Positions 32,073-43,864 of a stretch of 64,000 nt of DNA are shown piece after piece. How positions within the stretch are numbered: the stretch's first letter is position 1; each line of letters begins with the position of its first letter. The notes under the pieces were generated by a model. The model saw nothing but the letters and a program-made list of their open reading frames with translations. It had not been told where the DNA came from and did no database searches. The translations under genes and the position numbers were made by a program. Source of the stretch: Flectonema sp. DT1601 (taxonomy: Eukaryota); assembly GCA_964019425.1 (NCBI GenBank), contig OZ025788.1:1364001-1428000 (forward strand), in the 5' to 3' direction.

Positions 32073-35018
32073 ATGCAGCGCGATGATGCCGCTGAAAATA
32101 AGAAATCGAAGGCTGAGAAGGCGGCAGTGAAGGCGATGGTTAGAATTCGTCCGTTTAGTGCGAAGGAGTTGAAAGGATTTGAACCAAATGAGTATCCGAT
32201 ATCTGTAATTAGTATGGCAGACGAGAGAGTTGATGTGATTGGTGATGATGGAGCTGTGAAGGATTCTTTTGAATTTCATAACACCTTTTGGAGTATCCCA
32301 GAGTCTCAAAAACAACATCACGTTTTCAAACCATTTGCAACTCAGGAAACTGTTTTTCAAGAAACTGGAGCACCAGCAGTAGCCAACGCACTAAAAGGAT
32401 ATCACACTTGTATATTTGCATATGGGCAAACTGGTAGTGGAAAAACACACACTATGCTCGGGTCACAAGATGACCCTGGTCTAGCCCCTCGGCTTATTGA
32501 AACATTATTCTCTGAACTTGAACTTGGAAAGGGGAAGTTTGGAGGATTTAAAGAACACGTAGTTGAGATTTCTTTCATGGAAATCTACAACGAGAATGTA
32601 AAAGATTTATTTATTGGTAACTCTCAACCAACTGAACTAAAAAGACGGAAATCTCGAAAATCAACCGACGACGCCATGAGTGCTTTGAGTGATGTATCAG
32701 CGAACAGTAAATTAACTCGTCGTAAGTCTGCTGTAGTTTCTCCGGCAGCAGACAGCGATAACAGCAGCAGCGGAATTCAGTCAGCATCGTCACCTCTTAC
32801 AAAGGACTTAAGAAGAAGAAAAACAATGGGAACTCAACAAAAGAGACACACACTTCACGTTCCTGGAAGTGAAGAAGGAGGTTCATCTCTCTTATCATCA
32901 CCGTCTGGTAAAGATTTACGAAGAAGGAAATCTGAATTGGGAATTCAAAGAAAGAGAAGTACAATCGTACCTGAAACATCTGAAGATTATAAAACACTTC
33001 GAGTAAGACAAAGTCCTATTGTTGGAACATTTGTTGAGGGATTGATTAGACTCGGACCTGCTCAAGGTATTCTAACTGCTGATGATGTTAAAAGAGCAAT
33101 GACTTACGGTATGGAACATAGAAGTACTGCAGCTACTCAAATGAATGAAACCTCGTCGAGATCGCACGCTATTTTTCAAATTTGTGTCCGGGCTAAGAAT
33201 AACAGCACCGGAACGCAAAGATATTCTCACATCAATTTAGTTGACTTAGCTGGTTCTGAGAGAATAAAGATGTCTGGAGCACTTGGTGATAGATTAACAG
33301 AAGCTACAAAGATCAACTTGTCTTTAGGAACACTGAGACGAGTCATCGACGCATTGATTGAGAATGCAACGAGTAAGAAGAAGCTTCTCCCACCATACAG
33401 AGACTCAATGCTTACTTGGATTCTATCTGAGAGTCTTGGTGGTAACAGTAAGACTGTAATGATAGCTACTGTATCACCAGCTACATCTAACAGAGAAGAC
33501 AGCGTAAACACTTTGAGATATGCTCTTAAAGCAAAATCTATCGTCAACACTGTCAGAGTAAATGAACAAAAAGTCTCAATTGTGGCATCAGCCATGATGA
33601 GAGAAATCAACGAACTCCGAGAACAACTACAAACAGAAGATCAAAACAATCCTGAAGGAGCTACTCACCTCCGTACAGAATTAGAAGATCTTGAGACTGA
33701 GTACAACAGAATGGAACATGAGACTAAAGTTGCACATCAAAAACAAGAAGAAGCCAAACGCTCCATCGAACAAGCAGCCAGACAAGCCATAGAAATTGAA
33801 CAGGAAGTACAAGGATTAAAACAAGAAGGTCTTGAAGAAAAACACAGCAAAGAAATGGAACAAGTTCAACGCCACCAATCTCAAGTAAAGAAAGCAAAGG
33901 AAAAAGTTGATGCTGCAGCGATGGACAATCTGAGCAGGGCTATCGAATTAGAAAGAGAGAAATTTCAACACGAAGAAATTCAAATAAAGAACATGGAAAT
34001 AGCAAACCGTAAAGAAGCATTTCACAAGGAGATGCTGGTAGTGAAGAGGAAACAGTTTGCTGCAGCGTTTCAAAAGGCATTCAAACATGATATAACTCAC
34101 ACATCAAAACATAAGATGGCAGACGAATTAAAAGAAACCAGCGACAGAATAAACGACGCTCATCAGATATTTGAACAGATCTCTGATACTTTATTATTCA
34201 CAAAAAGATACAATGAAGCAATCCGACACAAGATTAGAACAGCAGAGAGTGAGTATTCTATGACTGAACACGATCGTATCACTGAAGACAAGTCTGTTAA
34301 TACGAAAGTAAAGAAATTACAAAAACTACAACAACTTCTTGAGACTGATACTCAACTATCACAAAATGAAGCAAACCGTCTTGAGTCAATGTATTTAACA
34401 TTAGCAGAGAGACGTGCCAAAGATAATCATCGGAATCAAGAAAGTGTTAAAGTAGCCAGACAACGACTTGAGAGTGTTGAATCTGAAAAGGATTACAAAC
34501 AACAATTAGTATCTCAACTTAAAGAACAATCAAAAGTAATGACCAGCGAGAATACTCAATTAAGAACTACTGCTGATAATATGGACACTGAGGCTATACA
34601 ATCACTTAAAGCAAAGATGGCTAAAAGGTCAGAATGTGCAGAACTCGCAAAGAGAAATAAGAAATTAACATCAGAACTCCAACAGATACTCGCTGCTATG
34701 GCTTCTAAAGATGTTGAATTATCAGAACTAAAAGGTCACTCAACAGAACTACAAGACTGTCAGGAAGGTATTAACGTTGATCACGTTGGTCTTCGTCATT
34801 TTGTTTCTGGGAGATTCTTTCCTCCTGGACGTGAAAATCAAACACAAGAAGAATCACCTCCGTACCCTTCTCGCCCTCAGCCATTTGAGGGACGAAGTGC
34901 TTCTCGAACAACTTCTCCAAACACCAGAAGCTTTAGTAACAACAGAAGAAGTGTTTCTCCATCTGCTCGCTTTCATAGATTCGCTCCCCCAATTGCCTCT
35001 AGTCGTGAGCGTAGTTAA
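32073..35018 (+). CDS. Kinesin (kinesin-3-like N-terminal motor) with long coiled coil
   Basis: VRIRPF, FHNTFWS, FAYGQTGSGKT, SSRSHA, LVDLAGSE, PYRDSMLTWILSESLGGNSKT, TLRYA. Confidence 0.9.
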   Translation: MQRDDAAENKKSKAEKAAVKAMVRIRPFSAKELKGFEPNEYPISVISMADERVDVIGDDGAVKDSFEFHNTFWSIPESQKQHHVFKPFATQETVFQETGAPAVANALKGYHTCIFAYGQTGSGKTHTMLGSQDDPGLAPRLIETLFSELELGKGKFGGFKEHVVEISFMEIYNENVKDLFIGNSQPTELKRRKSRKSTDDAMSALSDVSANSKLTRRKSAVVSPAADSDNSSSGIQSASSPLTKDLRRRKTMGTQQKRHTLHVPGSEEGGSSLLSSPSGKDLRRRKSELGIQRKRSTIVPETSEDYKTLRVRQSPIVGTFVEGLIRLGPAQGILTADDVKRAMTYGMEHRSTAATQMNETSSRSHAIFQICVRAKNNSTGTQRYSHINLVDLAGSERIKMSGALGDRLTEATKINLSLGTLRRVIDALIENATSKKKLLPPYRDSMLTWILSESLGGNSKTVMIATVSPATSNREDSVNTLRYALKAKSIVNTVRVNEQKVSIVASAMMREINELREQLQTEDQNNPEGATHLRTELEDLETEYNRMEHETKVAHQKQEEAKRSIEQAARQAIEIEQEVQGLKQEGLEEKHSKEMEQVQRHQSQVKKAKEKVDAAAMDNLSRAIELEREKFQHEEIQIKNMEIANRKEAFHKEMLVVKRKQFAAAFQKAFKHDITHTSKHKMADELKETSDRINDAHQIFEQISDTLLFTKRYNEAIRHKIRTAESEYSMTEHDRITEDKSVNTKVKKLQKLQQLLETDTQLSQNEANRLESMYLTLAERRAKDNHRNQESVKVARQRLESVESEKDYKQQLVSQLKEQSKVMTSENTQLRTTADNMDTEAIQSLKAKMAKRSECAELAKRNKKLTSELQQILAAMASKDVELSELKGHSTELQDCQEGINVDHVGLRHFVSGRFFPPGRENQTQEESPPYPSRPQPFEGRSASRTTSPNTRSFSNNRRSVSPSARFHRFAPPIASSRERS

Positions 35019-36874
35019 TTATTGTAATTTGGTACTTTTCTTTTTATTTGTGTTTTTAGACCATCATTCTACTTGTCTGAAATCCTTTTTCTAATAACAT
35101 CTCTTTCTACTGCGTTCGTGTTTTTAAATAACATTTATGTGTGTTGTGTTGTGTTGGCTGCCTGTGGTTATTATCTTGGAGGGGAAATATAAAAATATAT
35201 GAAATAGCTGATAGCTAAACATTGGAATTAAGCAAGTTATCCTGGTGAGTTATATTATTGTGCAGCCGAGTGTAATTTTCTTTGGGCTCTTGAAGTGTGG
35301 GCTACGAGACTACCCGCAGACAACACGGGGACAAGCCGAGTTGTTGGCTGGGGTGCTGAGTCCCTACATACTAAGATCTCAGAAGGAAGTCACGCACGAG
35401 GTAGATAAGATAACATACAAGCCCTAAACTTGCACACATTTAACTTCAATATGCTTATTTTATTTTATAATGAGTATTATCGAGTGAAGAGGTAGCACTA
35501 AGCCGCTACTTTTAATATTATTTTGAAGCACGTCGTGTTGCGGTCAGGGATAGTACAGTCGATTGCAAAGTACATTATTTTATTCTCTTTTGTTGGAGAA
35601 GTTCTTAGCTCAGGAGTTGGACAATGTCACAATCAACTTTGCGAAGAGACCTATTTGATGTTTCTGATATTGGCACCAGAGTCGATATCTTAACCCCCGA
35701 GAAGGGATACTTCCCACACGGTTGGTTAAATCAACAGGTGAAACTTCGACTTTTTTTGAATCAATTCTACCCAACGTAAACTATTGTATCGAATGAGGTT
35801 AAATCCTTTATACGAAAAACAAAACGCGTTTCTGTGTATTATATTTCATTAAAGTCACGCTGCTATCACTACCCTACACATTTCGTGACATCTATTAAGA
35901 GAGAGGACCTCTAATAATGTTAAAAGTGGCCTGGTGTATGTTGCTTCTTCACAAGGTATTGTTTAAGCGAATAAAAACAGTAATTTTTTTTTTTTGTACA
36001 CTTTATACATGTTTCACTTGTTCGCAAACAAAACTTGTTATTTCTTTCTCAACACGCGACTGGGAGCATTGCGAATAGTATGGGAAGTGTGTCCCTCCTA
36101 TTTCACTACCTCTATCTGATATTTTCTTCAAATCAATTGAGGTGAGTGAGTTCTTGCGAAACCGAAAACGAACATCTTTTTCTTTGTTATTGTTTTGAGG
36201 CTTTTTTGATTTTTGTGTTTTCCTTTCGTTACGAAATCGATGGGATCAAAACTGTTCAGCTTCTCGTGCTTGTTTCATAACCTGACGTCTATACATTCGT
36301 CTCGGCGTTTTTGCCAAAAAAAAAAAAAAAATTAAAATAAAATAAAACAACCCTTACTTAACCAGTGTAGTATTTCTTTTTTTTTTTCCTGTCTTTCTTT
36401 CTATTTACTAATTTCAGTTACTTGCGATTGTATCCTTTTTTTATTTTATTTTATTTTCATCTTTCTCATGTATCCTAGTGCCTATTGCGAGAAAGTGCGG
36501 TCTCAGACCCTCACAAGGCAAGGAAAACAAAAGAACAAGATAAGAGTACGACTGTAAACACAGCATGGAGGGGTTTTTTTTTTTTTTTTTTTGTTAAAAA
36601 GAAAACCTTTTAACTATTGCTGTCCGTCTCGAGATCTGCGTTACGCAAAATTCAACTCGGAAAAAAAAAAAGAGAAAAAAAAAAAAAAGAACCAAAAACT
36701 AGTGCGAGAACTCTTATTATGATCCGAAGGAATTGAGGAGTGTAGTGTCACAGCTCCTGGACTTGTCACCGTTATTTGCGACAACTTCGCAAGAAAACAA
36801 AAAAGAAATATTACTATTTATTGTTGTATTCGCTTATCATTTATGGTTACTTTAACAGAGAAAGATAACATCAA

Positions 36875-39811
36875 ATGTATATCACGTTGTTGATATTTGT
36901 TTTATTATTCCCGTCTGTCATTACAGACAATATCGACGACTATCGAGTAGAATGGAGTGACACTACAAAAGGGAAAGGAAAAGTAATTGACACGGCAATT
37001 GGAGCTGGAGGAAGAATTACCGTCGTACTATGCGAGGGAGGTGTTTTTTTCTACAATGAATTTTGGTACTACGAGAGTCAGAGATCTGGAAAGCAAATTA
37101 TGGGATTCTCCCTTCACAGCATCCCAGAAACAATTAACGCTACTCGTATTTCGTTGTCGTCTGAGGCGGGCATCTTAGCAGTTGCGTTTGCTGATGGAAG
37201 AGTTTCTTTATTCAAGATATATTTTAAAGAAGTGTTTCTAATTGCGATTATATCTCCTGATTTTCAAAATCCTACAGTCTCGGATTTGTCAATAAGTAGC
37301 GTGGGTTCGGTTCTGGCTGTCGGAAGAAATCGTATTACCAGCATATACACTTTCAATTCATCATTCTCCCAAACTGATCCACCGAATGCTAACAACAATT
37401 TATCTTATACCAAATTTGATGTAGAACCTCTTCCGGAAGGGGAATCTATTTTATTCGTGTATCTCTCTCCTTCAAGAATTAGTATCCTGAATACTGGAGG
37501 AGTTGTACGAGGATATTACATTACGAAAGGAGGACCAGAAAGTTTTTTTATGAGCGACAAAGATCCGGGAACGTCATGCGACTACACAAACAAATACTAC
37601 AGCGTGGATGTTGATTACACTTACTTTGAAGGTACGACAGCACAGGCATGTGAGAATGCTTGTCTTTTTGATAAAAGATGTACTTCTTATAAAATAACTG
37701 AAGACAATCAATGTACTATTTGGTTTAATGGTAATTGTAATAGTGACCTATCTCGTGGATCAGTATACGATGGCAGGTCAGTACACAGAACTAGATTAGA
37801 AAGACCAATAGCAAGCATCTCATTGACAATCAAATCATCGATTTGTCGTAAATGGGATCAGTGTTCTAATGACCTATTTAATAGTAGTAAAGGGAATACC
37901 CTTCACAAATCAAGGTTATCAGGATTCTTTTTACCGACATATGGAACACTTGGTGCCTTTTACAGTAGTGAAGGTAAACTTAGTGGAGTTTGGAGATTAC
38001 TTCCACCTTATGGGAATGCCAAACCCTGGGTGCTGTATCAGTCAACAGATATTGAAGGCTTCACTGCTAGTGAATCCAGTAAGTTAGTATTTGAAATTAC
38101 AAATGGAACTCTTCCTTCACAACTCAATCTCGCAATTAAAAGTTTAGAATTGAGTCACCCTGAAGTATTGGGATCAGCAAATACAACATTTCAACTCAAC
38201 GATATTAACTTTAGTTGTGGATCTGATACTTCAGATGAAACAATTCAAGTGACTTCATCACCAAAAGGATCTGAAGTATTAATATCATTCAGAGGTTGTA
38301 TTAAATTAATTGCTGCTGACAGAGCTATTACTCCAAATGAACAATTCAGTTCAAAGTGTCTTAACAAACCAAGTCTGTTTGCTTCATTATCTCTTTGTAG
38401 AGATGGATCTTATTGTAAAGGTGATAACTGTTGTAGTACTAAGTCAGGTATTCTTGGATGTCCTCCAGAGACTCCACTCTTATGCAAACAATCAACTTGT
38501 GGAGATTCAGGAAACGAACCCTGTTGTTCAACAACTTGTGAAAAACTTTTGGGTGAAACAAAATGTTACAAAAAAAATCACAATATCAGATTCGAAGAGG
38601 CACGGACGACGGAAAAAATATGTACACCAGGATTCGATCTTGTCACTAACGAGACAGAATGTTTAACAGCAGTACAGCACTTGGATCCGACAGCTTCGAA
38701 CACTTCGATAAATGTTGTGATTGCGAAATCAGAAGAAGAAGGATTAACAACAGACCTACCATACTGCTACTACGATGAGAATAAATCTATTTATATTTAT
38801 AACAGTATCGGTATCAGTGATTTTATATCATTTCAGCAACTTGGTAAACACATTCCTTCACAAATAACACCTATATGCATGCTAGAGAGTTATGTAGTTG
38901 TTGGGTTTAAGAATACGAAATGTTTTGATGTATTTAATTATCCTAACATTAGAAGTGAAGCAATCTGTAGAGATGCTCACTATCAGATTACAATTAGAGA
39001 TCCTATTCCGCAATACAAAGGAGTCGAGTGGGGTGGGTACATCGATGCTTCAAAACGTAAAGAATGGCCCAGCGGTTGTTTTTATTCACCAGAATTAAAT
39101 AAAATAATGTTCAACTACATAGACGAAAGTAGTTATACAATTGTTAATAACTTCGTGTCGATATGTAGTACTCGACTTGATAATTATGATTGGGTACTTC
39201 CACAGAGTGGAAACAGTGATAGTCATATAGTTACCATACTAATTATGATTTTGGCTTTTTCAATATTTTTAGTTTTCATTCTGCTGTGGTTTCGTTGGCA
39301 TAAAGAACACAATTCCAGAATGGCAGCTCTACGTGAAATCGGACCTCACATTGAAACAGTTGATGTTGCTGCTCACGTGAAGAAGTATAGCGAGTACTTA
39401 GAAACTCTCATCATTCCATTCATACCTCCTGAAGAAGCAAGCACTGACTGCTCAGTGTGCCTCGATGCTCTTTGTGACTTAGACTGCGTTTGTCTCCCAG
39501 ATTGCTCTCACATTCATCACTTGGAATGCTTGATGGAGTACGTTATATTTAGGGTTGAAAAGGAGCGGAAGAAATATCCGAAGTGCCCGTTGTGCAGAAA
39601 GGAAATTCGACTTCCAAAGAAAAAGGAAAGTCTCTGGAAACGATTGCAAGATGATAAACGAGAAACTACCGGAAATAATGAAAACGAGATGGATGCAAGA
39701 GGAGAATATGAAGTTGCAGAAGATAACAACAGCGCGATCGACCTGCTGTCAGACGGAGAAGAACCGGGCAACGACCTTCATTACGTTGAGTTACACGACG
39801 TCGCTGAGTAG
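36875..39811 (+). CDS. Type I membrane protein with Cys-rich ectodomain and cytosolic RING-H2 (putative E3 ligase)
   Basis: Signal peptide, beta-propeller-like strands, PAN/Apple-like CENACLFDKRCTSY, TM ILIMILAFSIFLVFILLWF, RING CSVC...CSHIHHLEC...CPLCR. Confidence 0.8.
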   Translation: MYITLLIFVLLFPSVITDNIDDYRVEWSDTTKGKGKVIDTAIGAGGRITVVLCEGGVFFYNEFWYYESQRSGKQIMGFSLHSIPETINATRISLSSEAGILAVAFADGRVSLFKIYFKEVFLIAIISPDFQNPTVSDLSISSVGSVLAVGRNRITSIYTFNSSFSQTDPPNANNNLSYTKFDVEPLPEGESILFVYLSPSRISILNTGGVVRGYYITKGGPESFFMSDKDPGTSCDYTNKYYSVDVDYTYFEGTTAQACENACLFDKRCTSYKITEDNQCTIWFNGNCNSDLSRGSVYDGRSVHRTRLERPIASISLTIKSSICRKWDQCSNDLFNSSKGNTLHKSRLSGFFLPTYGTLGAFYSSEGKLSGVWRLLPPYGNAKPWVLYQSTDIEGFTASESSKLVFEITNGTLPSQLNLAIKSLELSHPEVLGSANTTFQLNDINFSCGSDTSDETIQVTSSPKGSEVLISFRGCIKLIAADRAITPNEQFSSKCLNKPSLFASLSLCRDGSYCKGDNCCSTKSGILGCPPETPLLCKQSTCGDSGNEPCCSTTCEKLLGETKCYKKNHNIRFEEARTTEKICTPGFDLVTNETECLTAVQHLDPTASNTSINVVIAKSEEEGLTTDLPYCYYDENKSIYIYNSIGISDFISFQQLGKHIPSQITPICMLESYVVVGFKNTKCFDVFNYPNIRSEAICRDAHYQITIRDPIPQYKGVEWGGYIDASKRKEWPSGCFYSPELNKIMFNYIDESSYTIVNNFVSICSTRLDNYDWVLPQSGNSDSHIVTILIMILAFSIFLVFILLWFRWHKEHNSRMAALREIGPHIETVDVAAHVKKYSEYLETLIIPFIPPEEASTDCSVCLDALCDLDCVCLPDCSHIHHLECLMEYVIFRVEKERKKYPKCPLCRKEIRLPKKKESLWKRLQDDKRETTGNNENEMDARGEYEVAEDNNSAIDLLSDGEEPGNDLHYVELHDVAE

Positions 39812-41693
39812 TTGATATCCACCAGCTGGAAAGAAATACTACTTTCAATTCCTTCATCCTCCTCCTTGAGAATAAAGGAAGCAGAAAAAGTAGAAATATT
39901 TTCTATAAAAGTTCCAACGATCCTACTCTCCGAAAATAATGTGTTCTGTTTTTTATGTTTTTTATTACTCTGTCTTTCTTAACAAATAATTCTACTTAAT
40001 AGAGAAGTTTAGTCACCTTTACTTTACTAAGATTGGAGAGGACCCAGGACGCAGATGAAGATATTATTGCACTGCGTTGTCCTTCACAGAAGAAGAACGT
40101 GTAATACTATAGTTAATGATGTGGAAAAAAAAAGAAAAAAGGTGAGAATTATTTTGTAATTTTGTTTATTTGTTCTTGCGTTTGTCTTAAAATAACTTGA
40201 GAAAGAAAAAAAGAGGATACGGCGATAAGATTCATTTATTTGTTATCTTTTTTTTATTTTTTCTTCCCTTACTAAGTTGCTCCATAAAATAACAACAACA
40301 ACAACAACAACTGAAACTACCATAGATTTAATACCCTCGGTGTTTGTCTCATATAGGCAAAAAGGGTTGAGTTTAGTGGGTCTATGTGGTCAGTGTGAGT
40401 CCCACGATGTTACCCTGTGAGCTTTTTCTGATTATTGGCTTCCTAGGCTTCGTAAATAAATAGGGTGACACAGCAGTAAAAGGGGAAGGCTTTTTTTAAA
40501 GGTTTTCATTGTTTGGTTTCACAGCTAGTTTACCAACACCACCGACAGCATTGATTTGTTTGTTCTCTAAAACGGGTGGTTTCTTTTTTCTGTTGAAAAT
40601 ATAATAAAGTTTCGTATTCAAGGTTTGAACTCTCTGTCGTGTTCTTTATACGTCAGTTGAGTGTTTTCTGTGAGGAGGGTAGAAGCTACTTACGTTGCTG
40701 CTGCTGTTAGTTTATTGTTATCGGCGATGCGCAAGTAATAACTTCTATCAATGTTAGACTCATTGTGTTTTCTACTTCTCTTCGCAGTTTTTTGTTCATA
40801 TTTTGTTTGTTTTCTTTTTTTTAGTTTTTTTTGTATTGGCTGACCAAAAAAGTAATATTGCAACCACCTCCACTTCTACCTAACAAAATAGGATTCTCAA
40901 AGTTGTGTGTGGTTTGGTGTTGCAAATATTCTTTTCAATAAAAGCCGTCTGTCACCTTCCCTTTCCCTCCCCGTCAGTCAAGTGTCAGTCTGAGAGTTCC
41001 TTAGAGAGATCAACCGAAACTGTTGAAGGACTCACAATATGTATCAAAATAAATCAATTGTGCTCAATTATTTTTTATCCCAAAGTTGGCAAACAACCTG
41101 TTTTTCCGTTGCTGTTTTTGTTTTTGACACAGAGTCCCACTAATATTGTCAGGTTGTGATGTTTGTGGTAGTCCATAAGGAACTCACATTAGTACTTTGA
41201 TAGGTAACCCACACACCGTCTTTGTTGACCTCGTGTACAGGTTTATAGTAATTCGTTTTGTTACTTTTCTTTTTTGAGTTTTTATGTTGTCTTCTTGGTA
41301 TTAAAAAAAGAAAAAAAAAATTGAGGGGGGTCAATACGTTTTCCCTATGATATGATTATTTTCTTCTATTCTCGTCTTGCGAGTTGTTTTTTTTTTTTTG
41401 CTAAGAGAGGGAAAAAAAAAAAAAAAAAAAGTCTAACTCCCTTCAGCTATCTATCGACTGTTAATCACTGTTATTGTACATAACTTCTGTAACGTCGCAA
41501 TATATATATTTGAGTTGATTGTTGTTGTTGTGAAATATCTTTTTTTTTTCTTTTCTTTTTTTTTTTTTTTGAAATAGCAATACTTTACGTGTATTGCGTA
41601 CTTGTCACTGCAGATTGCAGTTGATCCTCGGCGGCAGTTGTTTTTGTTTTTGTTTTTTTTGTGACGAATTTTAATTTTTCATTTAACAGTAAC

Positions 41694-42269
41694 ATGGAAG
41701 ATATTCAAGAAATAGCTTTGGAATACCAACAAGAAAAAGAATTAGGTGTTGCCAATAATAAAGAAGAATGGATTGTGATGCGTCAGAAAGTAGTTCAACT
41801 TGCAGAACTTCTCGGAAGGAAGATTGGAAAACAGGAGATTAGAAAAACTTTATTAAATGCTGTTGAGAAGTTGGATGAAGAATACGAATTCGAACCAGCA
41901 AAACCACAAGAAATGGAATTAAGAATATCACCATCAGATGGTATGCCGTATTCAAAAACTGATTTCCAATTATACTACATGAGTGAATGGGAATCTGAAT
42001 GGATCAAAGCAACTGTTTACAACAACACTTCTCAAGAACAACGAAGATACCTTGGAACCTGTAGACAGTTTGAGAAATACTTTGGTAAGTCTTTATGCAG
42101 GGCTTATTGGAAAAACGCTCCTATCGCTCGCGAGATGACGTCTGCTCATCCACAGCTTCGCTGGTTCGAATCCGCCTCGACGGGATCGAAATCTGATTTC
42201 TTACAATACTTCGGATTTGAGATATTCGAAGAAATGTGGAATCTTGCGAAAGATGCTCCTCAAGAGTAG
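41694..42269 (+). CDS. Hypothetical protein with three degenerate aromatic repeats (R..DG..Y.K.DF..YY...W..A)
   Basis: ATG at 41694 after tttaacag. ELRISPSDGMPYSKTDFQLYY...WIKA is echoed by QFEKYFG...WKNA and SKSDFLQYFG...WNLA. Confidence 0.65.
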   Translation: MEDIQEIALEYQQEKELGVANNKEEWIVMRQKVVQLAELLGRKIGKQEIRKTLLNAVEKLDEEYEFEPAKPQEMELRISPSDGMPYSKTDFQLYYMSEWESEWIKATVYNNTSQEQRRYLGTCRQFEKYFGKSLCRAYWKNAPIAREMTSAHPQLRWFESASTGSKSDFLQYFGFEIFEEMWNLAKDAPQE

Positions 42270-42354
42270 AGCAGCTGACAAACCAAAACATGTTCAAATT
42301 ATTACTTCAGCAAACAAGAGGGCATTCCTTCTTTTATTGTCGACTCTCTTAGTG

Positions 42355-42618
42355 CGTCTCTTTTTGTTATTTTCTTTTAAGATTTTGATGTTTAGATTCT
42401 GTTTGGATTTATTTTAGTATGTCAGACGTAGTTCTGATCCACAGTTTGTGATGTGAGAGATAAATCTAAATTTATGAATACTTTTACGTCTCTTTTTGTT
42501 ATTCTGTTTTAAGATTTTGATGTTTAGATTCTGTTTGGATTTATTTTAGTAAGTCAGACGTAGTTCTGATTCACAGTTTGTGATGTGAGAGATGAATCTA
42601 AATTTATGAATACTTTTA
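42355..42618. repeat. Intergenic 132-bp tandem duplication (2 copies)
   Basis: 42355-42486 and 42487-42618 are near-identical, with a few substitutions. Confidence 0.95.
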
Positions 42619-42664
42619 CTTTACTTTACCTTTATAATAATATCTTCTAAGTCAGGTACCTGTG

Positions 42665-43864
42665 ATGGGAATCCCAACCTTCGGCAAGACCGTTCTGTCA
42701 GACCTCCTTCTGGCAGCAGTACGAGCAACTGGATCTCAAGACGGTGCCGTATATGTTGTCAGTGATAAAGGAACGTTTGATAAAGTTGCTGAAATTGGTT
42801 GCATGCCAAAAGGAGGAGAAATACTGGCTGAATCAGTGCAACAGTCAGACTTATCAATAAATTATGGCTGCCTGTTACCTGACGACTCAAACAACAGAGC
42901 TCTTCAATATGGAACAATAAATAACAAAACAAACATGTCGAGATCGTATTCATGTGTTACAATTGTTATTCCAGATAAAGTTGGGTCACTACAAGTTCAA
43001 AAACAAGGATCGTACACAGAAGAACAACTGACGTTGTTAGCTGTCACGTCAAAGCTGCTGAGCTACTGTTGTGGAACAGCTGGAACAAAACCTTTTAAAA
43101 AAAAGAAATTAATCAACAGCGGTGTTTACTTTATTAAAAAAGTAGAAAATGACATTCAACCTGACGGAATTGACTTGTCGAAACCTTGCAAACTGTTGGC
43201 TGATTCTCGAGCCTATCACAGTAGTTTAGCAGCTCTGCTTTCTATGAAAACATCAAAACTAAATAAAACCGTTTCTGAAGTTCGTGAAATGGAACTCAAG
43301 TTCGAGTCCCTGTTGAAGGAAAATTCAAAATCTCTGGAAGAGATATCTGTTCTTAGAAAGAAGTTAGTTAATAGTGAAGAGAAATGTCATCGATTGCAGA
43401 AAGAAGTAAAAGATCTTCGAGGAGGTTGTCTTCAAGAAACACAAGTTGACAACAACTCAAATGTTGGTTCTGAGAATGGATTGAAATTAACTTTAGAATC
43501 ACCCACTTCACTTGGTGATGATGTTGGAAGAGGTACTCCCGATGTAGATTCTCAAGCATTCGCTTTCTTCAATTCAACGATAAAGTCTGAAGGTCATAGC
43601 GTGTCTTCTGTAATTTCCTATTTGACTTCTCAAAGGAGTCCAAAGCCCTGCCAACACATCCTCTTCACTCCTCACTTTGCAGATCGAAAGTCCAGAAATG
43701 ATAATAAAACTATCTCAGTCACACCTTCTGTACCTCCAACTGTTAGAGTAAGAAGAGGAAGAGGAATGTCATCAAACTTGAATAGAATGGATACAAATAG
43801 TCAAGAACGTTATCCTTTTAGAAACACTTTTAACAGAAATAGAATAGTGCAAGTAGAAGCTTAG
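42665..43864 (+). CDS. Hypothetical protein, possible GAF-like N-terminus plus coiled coil
   Basis: About 400-aa ORF; AAVRATGSQDGAVYVV...VGSLQV...YTEEQLTLL is GAF-like; central heptads. Confidence 0.55.
   Translation: MGIPTFGKTVLSDLLLAAVRATGSQDGAVYVVSDKGTFDKVAEIGCMPKGGEILAESVQQSDLSINYGCLLPDDSNNRALQYGTINNKTNMSRSYSCVTIVIPDKVGSLQVQKQGSYTEEQLTLLAVTSKLLSYCCGTAGTKPFKKKKLINSGVYFIKKVENDIQPDGIDLSKPCKLLADSRAYHSSLAALLSMKTSKLNKTVSEVREMELKFESLLKENSKSLEEISVLRKKLVNSEEKCHRLQKEVKDLRGGCLQETQVDNNSNVGSENGLKLTLESPTSLGDDVGRGTPDVDSQAFAFFNSTIKSEGHSVSSVISYLTSQRSPKPCQHILFTPHFADRKSRNDNKTISVTPSVPPTVRVRRGRGMSSNLNRMDTNSQERYPFRNTFNRNRIVQVEA

Noticed and set aside
35100..36870. Long intergenic region and the 60-aa ORF at 35245
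   Set aside because: Homopolymer-rich; no recognisable RNA gene, spliced-leader sequence or convincing termini.
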